A DNA stretch of 64,000 nt, from IMG/VR virus record IMGVR_UViG_3300021389_000010, positions 1 through 64,000 of that record; one strand, 5' to 3'. Origin of the DNA: a virus. A program made the position numbers and the translations under genes. Within the stretch, counting starts at the first letter, position 1. The number at the start of each line of letters is the position of its first letter. The notes beneath the pieces were generated by a model. That model worked only from the letters and a program-made list of their open reading frames with translations. It ran no database searches and was not told where the DNA came from. This document shows, piece after piece, positions 9,399-18,956 of the stretch.

Positions 9399-9497
9399 TC
9401 AGGAGCCACACGCTTCGCAGTCTTCCGGGTTTAAGGTGTTACAAGTCGGTTGTTCAGCCGATTCAAGTTCTGCTACGAATTTGTCGAAGTCTTCCAT
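9399..9497 (-). CDS. 32-aa Cys peptide resembling the C-terminal tail of ribonucleotide reductase alpha subunit
   Basis: MEDFDKFVAELESAEQPTCNTLNPEDCEACGS*; upstream TATCTTCG box at 9545-9552 on the minus strand. Confidence 0.6.
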   Translation of the reverse strand: MEDFDKFVAELESAEQPTCNTLNPEDCEACGS

Positions 9498-9562
9498 AAT
9501 GAGCGATAAATAATTGTTTGTAACCCACGAAATTGTGGGAGCATCGAAGATACAAAACGTAT

Positions 9563-10072
9563 CTATAGAGGTTTCATTTCGTAATAGGGTGAGTATGCGT
9601 GCCTTACATCCCAGAGCCTTACATCGTCGGGTGTGAAATCGGCAAATAGATATTCGTCTGGTGATGTAAACAAGATGAAGAGTACTATGTCGGACTCTTC
9701 TTTATCCATCGCTCTCTTGTTAGCCTTGAATGTTTTCTCACAAGTCTTTACACTAAGTCCGTACTTAATCTTTGTTGACTCTACTATAATGTCTGGGTCA
9801 TCAGTAACATTCTTTGTTTCTTTTAACAGCGTAGACACTGTATATCTAGTTACCTCTGGTGTAACCTCAAAGTAATGACGGATAAGCAACTCACCAAGTA
9901 TGCCTATGTACTCTGTGTAATACTCTCTTGATACTTCTCCCAATAATACTGATTGCTTTGTACCCTTTCTCTGTTTGTGAGTACCCTTATACCTTCTGCG
10001 ATTAGCATCAATCCTTCTTAACGTAAGGTCATTGGCATATTCTTTTAGGTATGATGGGATCTGGTCTTTCAT
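9563..10072 (-). CDS. Putative PD-(D/E)xK nuclease-fold protein
   Basis: GILGE...PDII...SVKT motif order. Confidence 0.45.
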   Translation of the reverse strand: MKDQIPSYLKEYANDLTLRRIDANRRRYKGTHKQRKGTKQSVLLGEVSREYYTEYIGILGELLIRHYFEVTPEVTRYTVSTLLKETKNVTDDPDIIVESTKIKYGLSVKTCEKTFKANKRAMDKEESDIVLFILFTSPDEYLFADFTPDDVRLWDVRHAYSPYYEMKPL

Positions 10073-11034
10073 GAGAGTCCTTCAAGCCGCAGTTTATTTA
10101 TGGTAGACAAATCATAATGCTCTTTACAATACTCGTAAAGATTCTTACCAAGCCTCATAGCCTTGGGTAATGTCATGCCCTCTACGGCCTCCTTCCATTC
10201 TTGTGGTGTGTCACACAGGATGCCTGTCTCTCCGTGCTTTATAACCTCCTTATATGGCGTTACGTTTGATGCTATGATTGCAGTACGAGTGAACCCTGCT
10301 TCAACTACTTTTAATTCAGACTTGCTTTTGTTGAACTTGGAGTCCTTCAAGGGGCTAAGGGAGACATCGAAGAACTTGTACAACTTAGCGTACTGAGTAA
10401 TATCCACAGGGTTCATTCTATACTTTGCTTTTAACTTTTCTGGATAGTCCATCAGACCCATGCAATATAACTCATGGTCTTCAAACGTCATACCCATCTG
10501 CTCTAAATCTTTTTGATGTCCATTGGCTCCGAGATATCCAAAGCGAACCTTGTAGTCTTTAGGCATATCCTTTTCCCAATCAATCCATTGCTCCTCCTTT
10601 TGATGTATGGTATTCGGTATCACCCGGTATACAGCGGAAGGGTTTATGTCTTTCATTATCTCTACAAGAAACGCAGAGGGACTCCAAATCTCATCGGCTA
10701 TGAGTATACTCGCCTTGATATCTTTTGACTGATGGTTCTTGTAGTATTCGTAAGCAGGATTATCCTTTGGTAGTTTCCAATAGTCATCGTTGTCTAATAT
10801 AAGTTTGACATCATTGTCTACCAGATACTGCTTGAATGCTTTATGATTGGAGACGCTAAACCTTCTTGACCCTACAAGGTTCTTGACCTTTGAAAGGTCG
10901 AACTCTTTAAGGTCATTAAAGTTTTCTATAAAGTGTATCTCCAGATCCTCCTCTTCCTTAAGTCTAAGGAAGGGTGTCATTAGCCGGTGATAGTTGATAC
11001 CATTTAGGCCGTCAAGATAAATCAGCGTCATCAT
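10069..11034 (-). CDS. GT-B (GT4-like) glycosyltransferase
   Basis: DNDDYW; PLKDSKFNKSKSELKVVEAG...IASNVTPY signature. Confidence 0.8.
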   Translation of the reverse strand: MMTLIYLDGLNGINYHRLMTPFLRLKEEEDLEIHFIENFNDLKEFDLSKVKNLVGSRRFSVSNHKAFKQYLVDNDVKLILDNDDYWKLPKDNPAYEYYKNHQSKDIKASILIADEIWSPSAFLVEIMKDINPSAVYRVIPNTIHQKEEQWIDWEKDMPKDYKVRFGYLGANGHQKDLEQMGMTFEDHELYCMGLMDYPEKLKAKYRMNPVDITQYAKLYKFFDVSLSPLKDSKFNKSKSELKVVEAGFTRTAIIASNVTPYKEVIKHGETGILCDTPQEWKEAVEGMTLPKAMRLGKNLYEYCKEHYDLSTINKLRLEGLS

Positions 11035-11236
11035 AATGCTCTAACAATGCGGCTCTTATTAAATCAAATTCTGTATCTATGCTTCTCTTATGCTTTCGTA
11101 TGGTGTTATGCAGACGTTCAGCATCGGTACGAGCCTCACCACTGTTTGTGTGTAGGTCTTCGTACAACTCTATGGCTGCTTCCTGCATTCTTGCAGTCGC
11201 CAGGAAATAAACTTTACTTAATAGTTTCGTATCCAT
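11012..11236 (-). CDS. Hypothetical protein
   Basis: Fills the gap in a tightly packed operon. Confidence 0.6.
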   Translation of the reverse strand: MDTKLLSKVYFLATARMQEAAIELYEDLHTNSGEARTDAERLHNTIRKHKRSIDTEFDLIRAALLEHYDDADLS

Positions 11237-11588
11237 GCGCTTTTATTTTTGCTACAAAGGTGTCCTTGGCCACCGTCCCGTCGTAATGCGTAGACTGTGA
11301 TGTGAAAAATCTAGGACTATCGTCATCAATATAACCATTGTTTCGTAGATAATCAGCAAGAAATTTACTGCAACAAATAGCGTTATCAACATCATAACGG
11401 CAATTGTAGTAAACATGAATAGACATAGACTCCATGTGCCACTTATCAAATCCTTCAAGAACCTTTTGGATTTTTTCCCAGTAAGTTTTTTTGTACTTTG
11501 AGCGTACCGCGTAATGCCTCCCACTGTAAAATTGATTAAGCGAAGGCGGCTTTGGTAACTCCAATTTGATTTCGGTGACTTCATCCAC
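11214..11588 (-). CDS. RusA-like Holliday junction resolvase
   Basis: LPKPPSLN start, DVDN, D-x-L and IDDDS acidic motifs. Confidence 0.7.
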   Translation of the reverse strand: MDEVTEIKLELPKPPSLNQFYSGRHYAVRSKYKKTYWEKIQKVLEGFDKWHMESMSIHVYYNCRYDVDNAICCSKFLADYLRNNGYIDDDSPRFFTSQSTHYDGTVAKDTFVAKIKAHGYETIK

Positions 11589-11591
11589 CCT

Positions 11592-13382
11592 CTAATATAA
11601 GTCTAAACTACTGTTCTTGTACGCTAAAGGAGTAAAACTTTTTTCACTACTACCAAGATTCCTAAAACCTGTACGTGAACTATTGATTTCAAGAACCACA
11701 GGATCATCCCAAGGTGTGGGTTGACCACCGGTCTCTTGGTTACGTTGTTTACGCACATGAATCTCTGTACGTTGGCGTATATCGTAGTCGTTTGACTGCG
11801 TTTTTCTATGAAATGTGAGGAAAGAATCGGCCCTATTCACGAACTTACCGCCGCCCTCAGTCATAGCAGCACTCGGTGCTACAGGCAATCCATCGGGGCC
11901 TTTAATTCTTTGAGCCTCAGTAACCGAGTGGGTGTTCAGCCACACTGCCATGTTGTTGTTGACACTAAAGGTGAGTAGTTCTGATGCGGCCTCGTAGTGA
12001 TACTCATGAGAAGATAGTTGAGCGTTCTTTGATATGGTTGTCTTCAATGAGTTGTAAGGGTCAATCAGTATACCATCATAAGGCTCTTGTCGTATAAGTT
12101 TCTCAGCGAATACTATAAGGTCGGTGTAACTATACACTTGATTGTTATTTATAATCGTAAAATGTTTGTTCACCCACTTGTATGCGGCTACTCTTTCCTC
12201 ATAGTGCATGTCACTAACAGGTACATCAACTAAGAACTCCATAAGCCTCATCTTAACAGCGGCAGTTCTGTTCTCGGAAGAATATATAATCCATCTCCAA
12301 TTGTGTAGTACAGATGCTGTCACCATTAGATACAAGGCCATTGTAGTCTTACCTACATTACTGTGACCATTGATAATAGTAAACTCTTTCTTAAACAAGT
12401 AGTACTTATCTAGGTTTGTTAGCCCGGTGGTAAGTCCCTTCTCTATCTTACCTGTTGCGAAATCATTTATCCATTCCAGATCAGTGGCATCCGAAGATAT
12501 AAAAGACATGTCTCCATCGTTGATACGGAACTCTCTTTTAATCTTGTTCTCGTCATCAATAATCTCACGGATAGGCATGGTCTTACCCTGGTTGATGCCG
12601 TCACCCATAGTCTTACGTGCTAGGTCTATGTCTTGTACATCTCTACGTACAAGTTCACGCTCCATAACACGCAGTGCTTCGTCCTCTTCCATCCTTCCTG
12701 CGGCGATGTATCCACCACACAATATGGAAGCACGTAAAAGCGTACGATGTTTATCTCCATCATCAGCCTTGCGTATCATGTGTACTACAATATCTAACTT
12801 CTCGTAGTCGGTGTATGCCTCACGCTGTACTACCTCTTGATGCTCACTGCCTTCTGAAAGCATTAGCCCAAACACATGAGGGTCTTCATTACTTACAAGG
12901 TCTGGGTCATAACTTTCAAAGCAAGCACGCGAAAGATTTATTCCAGAAGGGTCAACCTCTAGTCCATATGTTCTATCGAAGTAGGCTTGCAACGCACGGA
13001 AGTGATCACGGTGTCTCTCGGGATTTGTAACCTGTACAAGTGCTTTCAATCCGTCTCCACTCGGAGACGTCCAACAGGCACGTATGTAATCATCGGTGCC
13101 AAGTAATGACTTGTAATCCTCTACATCTATATGGTCAAAGTCCAATACTATTATACCGCTATGCCCCAGGATCTGGCTGTCTCTTCTGCCTTCAAATACA
13201 CCAGAGAACAGTGCGATAGGCAGGGTTTTCTTTACATCCTTATTGCCTGCTCTAACTTGCTCGACCTTGGCTTGACTTTTTCCTTCACGTATACGTGTGA
13301 GGGATTCATCTAGTGTTGTGTAATGTGGGTTATCTATATCCGTTACAGACGGAAACATTGTGATTGTCTCACTTGAACTCAT
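11592..13382 (-). CDS. Primase-helicase: BT4734/VirE-N-like domain fused to a DnaB-like SF4 helicase
   Basis: KKTLP...FSG, LDFDH and SPSGDGLK in the N-terminus; Walker A GHSNVGKT and Walker B LIDPY. Confidence 0.8.
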   Translation of the reverse strand: MSSSETITMFPSVTDIDNPHYTTLDESLTRIREGKSQAKVEQVRAGNKDVKKTLPIALFSGVFEGRRDSQILGHSGIIVLDFDHIDVEDYKSLLGTDDYIRACWTSPSGDGLKALVQVTNPERHRDHFRALQAYFDRTYGLEVDPSGINLSRACFESYDPDLVSNEDPHVFGLMLSEGSEHQEVVQREAYTDYEKLDIVVHMIRKADDGDKHRTLLRASILCGGYIAAGRMEEDEALRVMERELVRRDVQDIDLARKTMGDGINQGKTMPIREIIDDENKIKREFRINDGDMSFISSDATDLEWINDFATGKIEKGLTTGLTNLDKYYLFKKEFTIINGHSNVGKTTMALYLMVTASVLHNWRWIIYSSENRTAAVKMRLMEFLVDVPVSDMHYEERVAAYKWVNKHFTIINNNQVYSYTDLIVFAEKLIRQEPYDGILIDPYNSLKTTISKNAQLSSHEYHYEAASELLTFSVNNNMAVWLNTHSVTEAQRIKGPDGLPVAPSAAMTEGGGKFVNRADSFLTFHRKTQSNDYDIRQRTEIHVRKQRNQETGGQPTPWDDPVVLEINSSRTGFRNLGSSEKSFTPLAYKNSSLDLY

Positions 13383-13665
13383 TGTCGTAGTCTTTTTCTT
13401 TGTGAATCTCTGAGTACCCTACTATCTCTTTGCTATTGATTTTGTATACTCTGAAGTTTAGTTTCTTGGCTGTAAGTTTTGTAAGGCCCTCTAAAAATTC
13501 TAATGCTTTCTTATCCTTATTCAAACCCTTAAGGTCTTTCGCTCTGCTCACACACTCTAGCCCTTTCCATTTATTGGTATACATTTTTTTGCCACGCTTG
13601 GTCTGCCATATAATGTCTACATTATAGTAGTGTATAGGTTGCTTCTCACTTAAGTCCCATTCCAT
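13369..13665 (-). CDS. Hypothetical basic protein
   Basis: Overlaps both neighbours in the operon. Confidence 0.6.
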   Translation of the reverse strand: MEWDLSEKQPIHYYNVDIIWQTKRGKKMYTNKWKGLECVSRAKDLKGLNKDKKALEFLEGLTKLTAKKLNFRVYKINSKEIVGYSEIHKEKDYDNEFK

Positions 13666-14284
13666 ATGCTATCCTGTCGTTGTACATTTTTATGTCATCT
13701 TCATACAAGATTTCAAAAACCTTCTTGGCCTCATCGCCTAGACTCCAGATCTTAGAGTTGGTAGCATTAGTTTTAAACAGCGGAATGGTTTCTCCAATGC
13801 GCTCACAAACATACTGCCAATCCTCCTCGATGTTTTCAACCACGCCTAGCCACATGTCATCTTCCATCCATTCAACCTGCTGATACTTAAGGTAGGGCTT
13901 ACTCCAGAACTTGTCAAAGAAATGAAACTGCATGAGCATATCCCTTGTTATTATTTTGTCTTCCGGGGCAGGGAAGTTGCCTGTCTCGTCAAACACCCAC
14001 GCAACACTGGGGTTATTCCTGTAGTGGTAATCGCAGTTGTATACATAGTGTGATATAAATCTTCTCTCCGGATTTCTGACAAACCCAAACTTAAAGTACT
14101 CGTTCCACCTATCTTCACCGGCTATCTTTTTGATAGTAGCCATTGTCTCGTGACCAAATGGTGGACTATTATTATCCATGACCATTGCCTCTGGGTCTAG
14201 TTTAAGCAGTGCTTCCTCCATTGAGGTGCTTGCGTTCTTCGGAATCTTTACGAAGATGAACTTAAATTTGTCTGATATAATCAT
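13646..14284 (-). CDS. Sulfotransferase (carbohydrate sulfotransferase-like)
   Basis: 5'-PSB motif FVKIPKNASTS and 3'-PB motif FVRNPERRFIS. Confidence 0.8.
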   Translation of the reverse strand: MIISDKFKFIFVKIPKNASTSMEEALLKLDPEAMVMDNNSPPFGHETMATIKKIAGEDRWNEYFKFGFVRNPERRFISHYVYNCDYHYRNNPSVAWVFDETGNFPAPEDKIITRDMLMQFHFFDKFWSKPYLKYQQVEWMEDDMWLGVVENIEEDWQYVCERIGETIPLFKTNATNSKIWSLGDEAKKVFEILYEDDIKMYNDRIAYGMGLK

Positions 14285-14730
14285 ACCTTGGTTACATTTA
14301 CTATTTCATATTTATCTAACGTCTCAGTGTTGTTGGTGTATAATACTACTCGGTACACTAGGGACTTATTCTTCTCACGTGTGTGGGCAAGCGCCTGATC
14401 CAGGATAACTGAACCCTCTTCATACTTGCTTACATACAAGGGGTTAATAGGCTTACCATTGCTGAACACATCCATGTTCTTGTTATGCACCCTTAGACCT
14501 GCTATCACGGTACTGTGGTGTCTATTAAATACACTGCCCATATAGGACATGGTAAGTCTTGTGTTCTCTTTTAGATAAGCCCATATCATCTGCCTAGTTT
14601 CCACTAACTCTCTATCCCTTCTGCTCATTGTTAAACTTTCCTTGTGTGCTCGGTTAATCTTCGAGAACACAGAGGTCGCTAGGGTTATAGCGTTCTGCTC
14701 TATGCTTCTTTCTATTTGATACTCAGTCAT
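14281..14730 (-). CDS. DnaA C-terminal-like HTH protein
   Basis: RELVETRQMIWAYL...MGSVFNRHHSTVI resembles the DnaA domain IV signature RDHSTV. Confidence 0.7.
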   Translation of the reverse strand: MTEYQIERSIEQNAITLATSVFSKINRAHKESLTMSRRDRELVETRQMIWAYLKENTRLTMSYMGSVFNRHHSTVIAGLRVHNKNMDVFSNGKPINPLYVSKYEEGSVILDQALAHTREKNKSLVYRVVLYTNNTETLDKYEIVNVTKV

Positions 14731-14954
14731 ATTAGTTTTTCATTTCTCAAGTAACTAATAGAGGATGAGTCCAACTCAATGTTGTTGAGCATCCATGTAA
14801 TGTATGACCTAGGTACATCTTTGAGCGATTGACCTTTGTAGCGACCAACCAATAACCGCCCATCACTTCTTCTGAATGGTTGCAGTTTCTTCATTGGTAT
14901 CGCATTATTATTGAGAGAGGTATTGTTCATCTCTCTTAGTTGAGACTTATTCAT
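14727..14954 (-). CDS. Small protein with a G(K/R)YKG...VP..Y..W motif (DUF3820-like)
   Basis: GRYKGQSLKDVPRSYITWM. Confidence 0.55.
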   Translation of the reverse strand: MNKSQLREMNNTSLNNNAIPMKKLQPFRRSDGRLLVGRYKGQSLKDVPRSYITWMLNNIELDSSSISYLRNEKLI

Positions 14955-15181
14955 TACTTGTCAATTATAATTCGTTTGTAATACTCTGGCACTAGCCTTT
15001 TGATTTCCCTGTACAGCACAGCCTCTGCTTCCTTAAGTTCCTTCTTTGTTCTTTTATCACCCTTACCTTTAGTACCAAACGAAGTGTGCAGTGTCGCTAA
15101 TTTCTCTAACTGCTCATCCACTTGCGCGCGTACAAGAGTGCACATGTTGGCGCGATACGCGCTCTTACATATCTTGTCCAT
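14954..15181 (-). CDS. Hypothetical protein
   Basis: Stop/start overlaps with both neighbours. Confidence 0.6.
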   Translation of the reverse strand: MDKICKSAYRANMCTLVRAQVDEQLEKLATLHTSFGTKGKGDKRTKKELKEAEAVLYREIKRLVPEYYKRIIIDK

Positions 15182-15819
15182 TATTCTTTCAGATTAAATT
15201 CGAAATGATTCTTGAAGGGATCTCTGCTAGAACTGGTGCGCATGTCTATAGCATACACGTCATCAAACTCTTGATAGACTAGGTACTCTCTGCTCTCAAG
15301 TAATTCCCTCATGGATGCCCATCCATTTGCAACGTGCTTGTGCTCTGCCTTAATCAGTTTGGGTCGCAACGCACCCTCGTATGCAACTTGATTAAGGATA
15401 ACCAAGTCATGCCCTTCGGTGTCGATTTTTAAGAAGTCGATCTGGCTTATACCAGACTCCTTTATCATGTCGTCATAGGTAATTGATTCAACTAACCTTG
15501 ACTCCACTAGGTTCTTGTTGCCCTTGAGAGTGTACTCAGAGAACGAACTCATGCCCGCAAAGTCTCTGTCTTTTTCAATGACAGACTGCTTGAATACATC
15601 CATCTGTCTTGAGCCTCTACTCACATCAATCGCGCAGTTCATGTACGTTACACCATCGTGCTTCTCTAAGTTGTTTAGGTACTCTTGTACCGGCTCAATG
15701 ATAACTCCTGTCCACCCATTCTTACCTAGGTCATTCAGTGTGTTAAAATCACAACTACCTATCTCAACAAAACATTTAGTAGCACTCATGAAGCGTCTCT
15801 GATTTGTGATAGTACTCAT
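15181..15819 (-). CDS. FkbM-family SAM methyltransferase
   Basis: FVEIGSCD, IEP and IDFLKIDTEGHD motifs; start may be 15819 or 15789. Confidence 0.8.
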   Translation of the reverse strand: MSTITNQRRFMSATKCFVEIGSCDFNTLNDLGKNGWTGVIIEPVQEYLNNLEKHDGVTYMNCAIDVSRGSRQMDVFKQSVIEKDRDFAGMSSFSEYTLKGNKNLVESRLVESITYDDMIKESGISQIDFLKIDTEGHDLVILNQVAYEGALRPKLIKAEHKHVANGWASMRELLESREYLVYQEFDDVYAIDMRTSSSRDPFKNHFEFNLKE

Positions 15820-16231
15820 CGGGTGCAAAATATATGTAAGGCAACAGCGTTTCACCTTCGGGTGTGACCGCCCCTCGTCTCTTTCTTTTATACCAATCGG
15901 GGTGTCCTTCTAACATATCCAATTGTTTAAGTTCATCCTCCGATACTAAGTATAGTTCTACATCTACGTTGAATCCAACACCAGGCTTCTCTACGAGAAA
16001 GGGTAGTCCTGATCCATGTACTACCATAGGGTATTGTCTCTCTGTCTTTGCATTCGAAACGTATACAGCATTGCTTAGTAGTATGTTGTTACCAAAGCCA
16101 CGCTTCAGTGTACCGTATACAGCGATTAGAATATCACGCAGTTCTTCGTTATCACTTCCTTGTACCACCACTCTACGTCCTCCTTCTGCTTCGCGCTGAA
16201 GATTGGGTTTATTCCTTTGTTTAGTTGCCAT
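15776..16231 (-). CDS. Gamma-glutamylcyclotransferase (AIG2-like)
   Basis: AVYGTLKRG and LDMLEGHP..Y.R motifs; start uncertain. Confidence 0.8.
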   Translation of the reverse strand: MATKQRNKPNLQREAEGGRRVVVQGSDNEELRDILIAVYGTLKRGFGNNILLSNAVYVSNAKTERQYPMVVHGSGLPFLVEKPGVGFNVDVELYLVSEDELKQLDMLEGHPDWYKRKRRGAVTPEGETLLPYIYFAPDEYYHKSETLHECY

Positions 16232-16323
16232 CTTTTTTTTCGTCTATTGTATTTAATGTTATAAGTGCGCACACTGTGTTGACCACCAGCCGTCTTTCTT
16301 TTATCTCCAAAGTTTCCATTCAT
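16126..16323 (-). CDS. Hypothetical basic protein
   Basis: 65-aa ORF downstream of a structured intergenic element. Confidence 0.45.
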   Translation of the reverse strand: MNGNFGDKRKTAGGQHSVRTYNIKYNRRKKRWQLNKGINPIFSAKQKEDVEWWYKEVITKNCVIF

Positions 16324-16336
16324 AATGTAAAGTATT

Positions 16337-16402
16337 AATGCAGGGAGGGGCCCTTGAACAGGGGAGTTTTGCTTAACATGATTGAATCCCCTCCCTTACA
16401 TT
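16337..16402 (-). other. Structured RNA element (long stem with inner hairpin) after the SSB-like gene
   Basis: AAUGUA-A-GGGAGGGG pairs with CCCCUCCC-UGCAUU; a G-U pair favours the minus strand; inner hairpin CCCU-GUUCA-AGGG. Confidence 0.5.
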
Positions 16403-16408
16403 AGTAAT

Positions 16409-16690
16409 TTAGAACGGCAATCCGTCGTTGCCTTGAGCCACTGCTTTAGCGGCTTGGCTTTGAGTGTTCGCTCCCCCGTTTGCACGTGGGTTGAACACAC
16501 TCGTGAATGCAGTTCCGTCGGTCTTAATGATGAAGTCCACGTTCACATTACCTGCGCCCGTTAGATACTTCTTCATCTCATCCAACTGATCTTCCTTGAA
16601 AGAGATGTTGTACTTGACAACACCACTATCAAACTCTTTGCGTTCGCCTACATATCCCATGTAAACTCCCTTGCTTTGTTGTTGTGACAT
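16409..16690 (-). CDS. Single-stranded DNA-binding protein-like
   Basis: Flexible tail ending DGLPF; follows exonuclease and annealing genes. Start refined to MSQQQ. Confidence 0.6.
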   Translation of the reverse strand: MSQQQSKGVYMGYVGERKEFDSGVVKYNISFKEDQLDEMKKYLTGAGNVNVDFIIKTDGTAFTSVFNPRANGGANTQSQAAKAVAQGNDGLPF

Positions 16691-16703
16691 AGCAATTGAT
16701 TGA

Positions 16704-17483
16704 TTAAATTTCCCCTTGTAAAAAGAACGTAGTCGATGGCTTGTCATTCTCATAATGTTCCTTGATTATGCTCAAGGCACGAGCCACTTTACGTCTACCA
16801 GAGTCAAGGGTTTCCTCTGATGCTTTATATACTGCTGGTAAATACGGGTATGCTTTCTCCTGCACTACCCAATAGAAATCCTTTACTCCGAATGCGTGTG
16901 TGTATAGGAATGCTTGTATGTCGTATCCGAATACACGTACATCTCTCGGGAATCCCTTCACGCTACGAGAAGACTTACTGTCTGCTATGAATCCTTTGCC
17001 GAGGCAGTCAAGGAAACCGCGGAAGGGAACTACCTCCCCGCCAATTTCAAGTTCTTGTAAGAACTCTACTTGATAGTCGCCATCTAGGTATATGTTCAGC
17101 ACCTTCGATTCATCGAGCCTTGTTATCATGTCGATGCATTGTTGGTAGTCCTCTATAGATACAACAGTCTTGTCTTTTGCTTTTGTTTTTTCTTCAGCCT
17201 TCCATTCCTTGTACACTTTCGTGACACGAGGGTTCTTGCCTCCGACTTCTTTGATAATCTCAGTGTCATCCATGACGTGAAACTGATTGTCAAACTTGTG
17301 AGGCTCAAACAAAAGACAATCGTAAGCACTCCCAAAAGTGAGTGCCTCCGATTCCTTACGCAACTTGCCTTGCATATATAATTCAAACAGCGCAATGTCT
17401 TGCAGTGCATGCTTGATTGAAGAGTACGATAGGTACTTCTTTCCTGTCTTCTTTACTAAAGACTCAAACCATCCATGAGTCAT
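16704..17483 (-). CDS. RecE/ExoVIII-like PD-(D/E)xK exonuclease
   Basis: LSYSSIK, FGSAYD, GFLD...IADSKS and YDIQAFLY motifs. Confidence 0.75.
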   Translation of the reverse strand: MTHGWFESLVKKTGKKYLSYSSIKHALQDIALFELYMQGKLRKESEALTFGSAYDCLLFEPHKFDNQFHVMDDTEIIKEVGGKNPRVTKVYKEWKAEEKTKAKDKTVVSIEDYQQCIDMITRLDESKVLNIYLDGDYQVEFLQELEIGGEVVPFRGFLDCLGKGFIADSKSSRSVKGFPRDVRVFGYDIQAFLYTHAFGVKDFYWVVQEKAYPYLPAVYKASEETLDSGRRKVARALSIIKEHYENDKPSTTFFLQGEI

Positions 17484-18016
17484 ACTAACTTCTCTAACTT
17501 AGAAATCTGAGAAGCAGTCATGGTGCCTTTGTATTTGTCTTGTATCGCAGTGAAGCGTGTGTTACGATCAGGCTTGTTCTTACCTGCCTTGATGTACTCC
17601 ACTGACTTCTTGAATATCTCGTTGAGACTTTCCTTACTTTTGGGTGCAGGCTCCCCTTCCTTAGCGATTGCCATGCCTACCTCATCAGCCGTAGCGATTG
17701 ATGTCTCTATCCCTATACCTAAGAACCCAAGGGCTCTACCTACAGCGGACGTTTCACAATTCTCTACGTATGAGGTTTGATTGATTCGAGAGGAACTCTT
17801 GTCCTCTTGCGCCATACCTTGAGCCACTACGTTTCCGTCAGCGTTTGATATGGTTGCTTGTATGACACATGACTCTGGATCCAGGTGTAGCACCTGTGTT
17901 TCCAATGAGAAATTTTTGTACTCTGATAGAGTACGGAATGCAATGACACGTTGATTAACCTCAACGTACTGCTTGCCTTTGATGTTCGTTGTTTTGAACT
18001 GATAAGTGTTAGACAT
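17480..18016 (-). CDS. Rad52/Sak-like single-strand annealing protein
   Basis: IKGKQYVEVNQRV...ENCETSAVGRAL. Start refined to MSNTYQ, downstream of a TAAATTTG box at 18037-18044. Confidence 0.7.
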   Translation of the reverse strand: MSNTYQFKTTNIKGKQYVEVNQRVIAFRTLSEYKNFSLETQVLHLDPESCVIQATISNADGNVVAQGMAQEDKSSSRINQTSYVENCETSAVGRALGFLGIGIETSIATADEVGMAIAKEGEPAPKSKESLNEIFKKSVEYIKAGKNKPDRNTRFTAIQDKYKGTMTASQISKLEKLV

Positions 18017-18070
18017 AGTATAAAATTTAATTGATTCAAATTTACAGTATCCACATTTAACTAACAAATG

Positions 18071-18316
18071 TTACACTGTTTTTTTTTTCAACGGCTCAAG
18101 ATCTGGAAGTCTCCACTCAATATCCCACCTGTTGATGAGCCGGAATATTGTGCGGGGTGTTACCCCTAGTTCCTTGGATGCCTCCTTAACATTCTGGTGC
18201 TTGCACAATGCGTACCTTACCATTATCCTCCAATGTCTCTCGATGTTCAAGTCCTCTTGGGGGTACTTCATTCCCTCTACTTCTTTGTAGAGTGTCCATT
18301 CTTTCTTTCTTGCCAT
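18071..18316 (-). CDS. Fis-type HTH protein
   Basis: AL...NVKEASKELGVTPRTIFRLI; start uncertain. Confidence 0.65.
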   Translation of the reverse strand: MARKKEWTLYKEVEGMKYPQEDLNIERHWRIMVRYALCKHQNVKEASKELGVTPRTIFRLINRWDIEWRLPDLEPLKKKTV

Positions 18317-18633
18317 CTTCTGTACATGTTTGCAGCCCACGCTCTGCGTTGAGCGGGGTGTTTGTAGATAGGGCGTAGCCTTGCCATTGCTATGCGCATA
18401 AATTGTTTCATCCTTTTCATTGCTGTTCTCCTTTACCGGTTAGATACATAAACAAGACAGCAAGCATAAGTGTAAGTACAATTAGTGTTTTCATTTCTCT
18501 TTGGTGTTAAAGGTTATATGTGTGTACGTATAATGTGAAGGTTTACCCTTATTTTGTATGTTTAAACGTACAATTTTACCCTTAATTTGTGACAATTTAA
18601 GGTTCATCGTTGTGAGGATTTGCGATTCGCGAA

Positions 18634-18819
18634 TCACATTCGTATTAACCTAAGTCTACGTTGGTACTTGCGTATCAACATCGCTGAGTTTGTTAGTTGA
18701 TGTTGAATGTCAGTCGACCAACCAAACCTACTCGCATGTAGGGTAAGGTTGATCTGATCCAACTCAAGCATACGCAGGTATGCCTCAGTTCTTTTTATGT
18801 GTTTGCGTTTACGGAACAT
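18634..18819 (-). CDS. Hypothetical protein
   Basis: Small ORF in a run of short early genes. Confidence 0.5.
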   Translation of the reverse strand: MFRKRKHIKRTEAYLRMLELDQINLTLHASRFGWSTDIQHQLTNSAMLIRKYQRRLRLIRM

Positions 18820-18956
18820 GTTAGTATCCGAATAAAGTGTTGAGCCCCTTGATAATCACGTAGAAGAACGTGAAGATTGGGCCGTAAATAAATACATAAG
18901 CAAGCAACTCCATTACTAATGAAGGCTTCTTTCTCGGTTGAAATTCTTTGGGTGTC

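Noticed and set aside
18491-18607. Short repeat TTTACCCTTA(A/T)TTTGT and a 38-aa minus-strand ORF ending TFNTKEK
   Set aside because: Only two repeat copies and one such ending in the window; not enough to call an array or cassette system.
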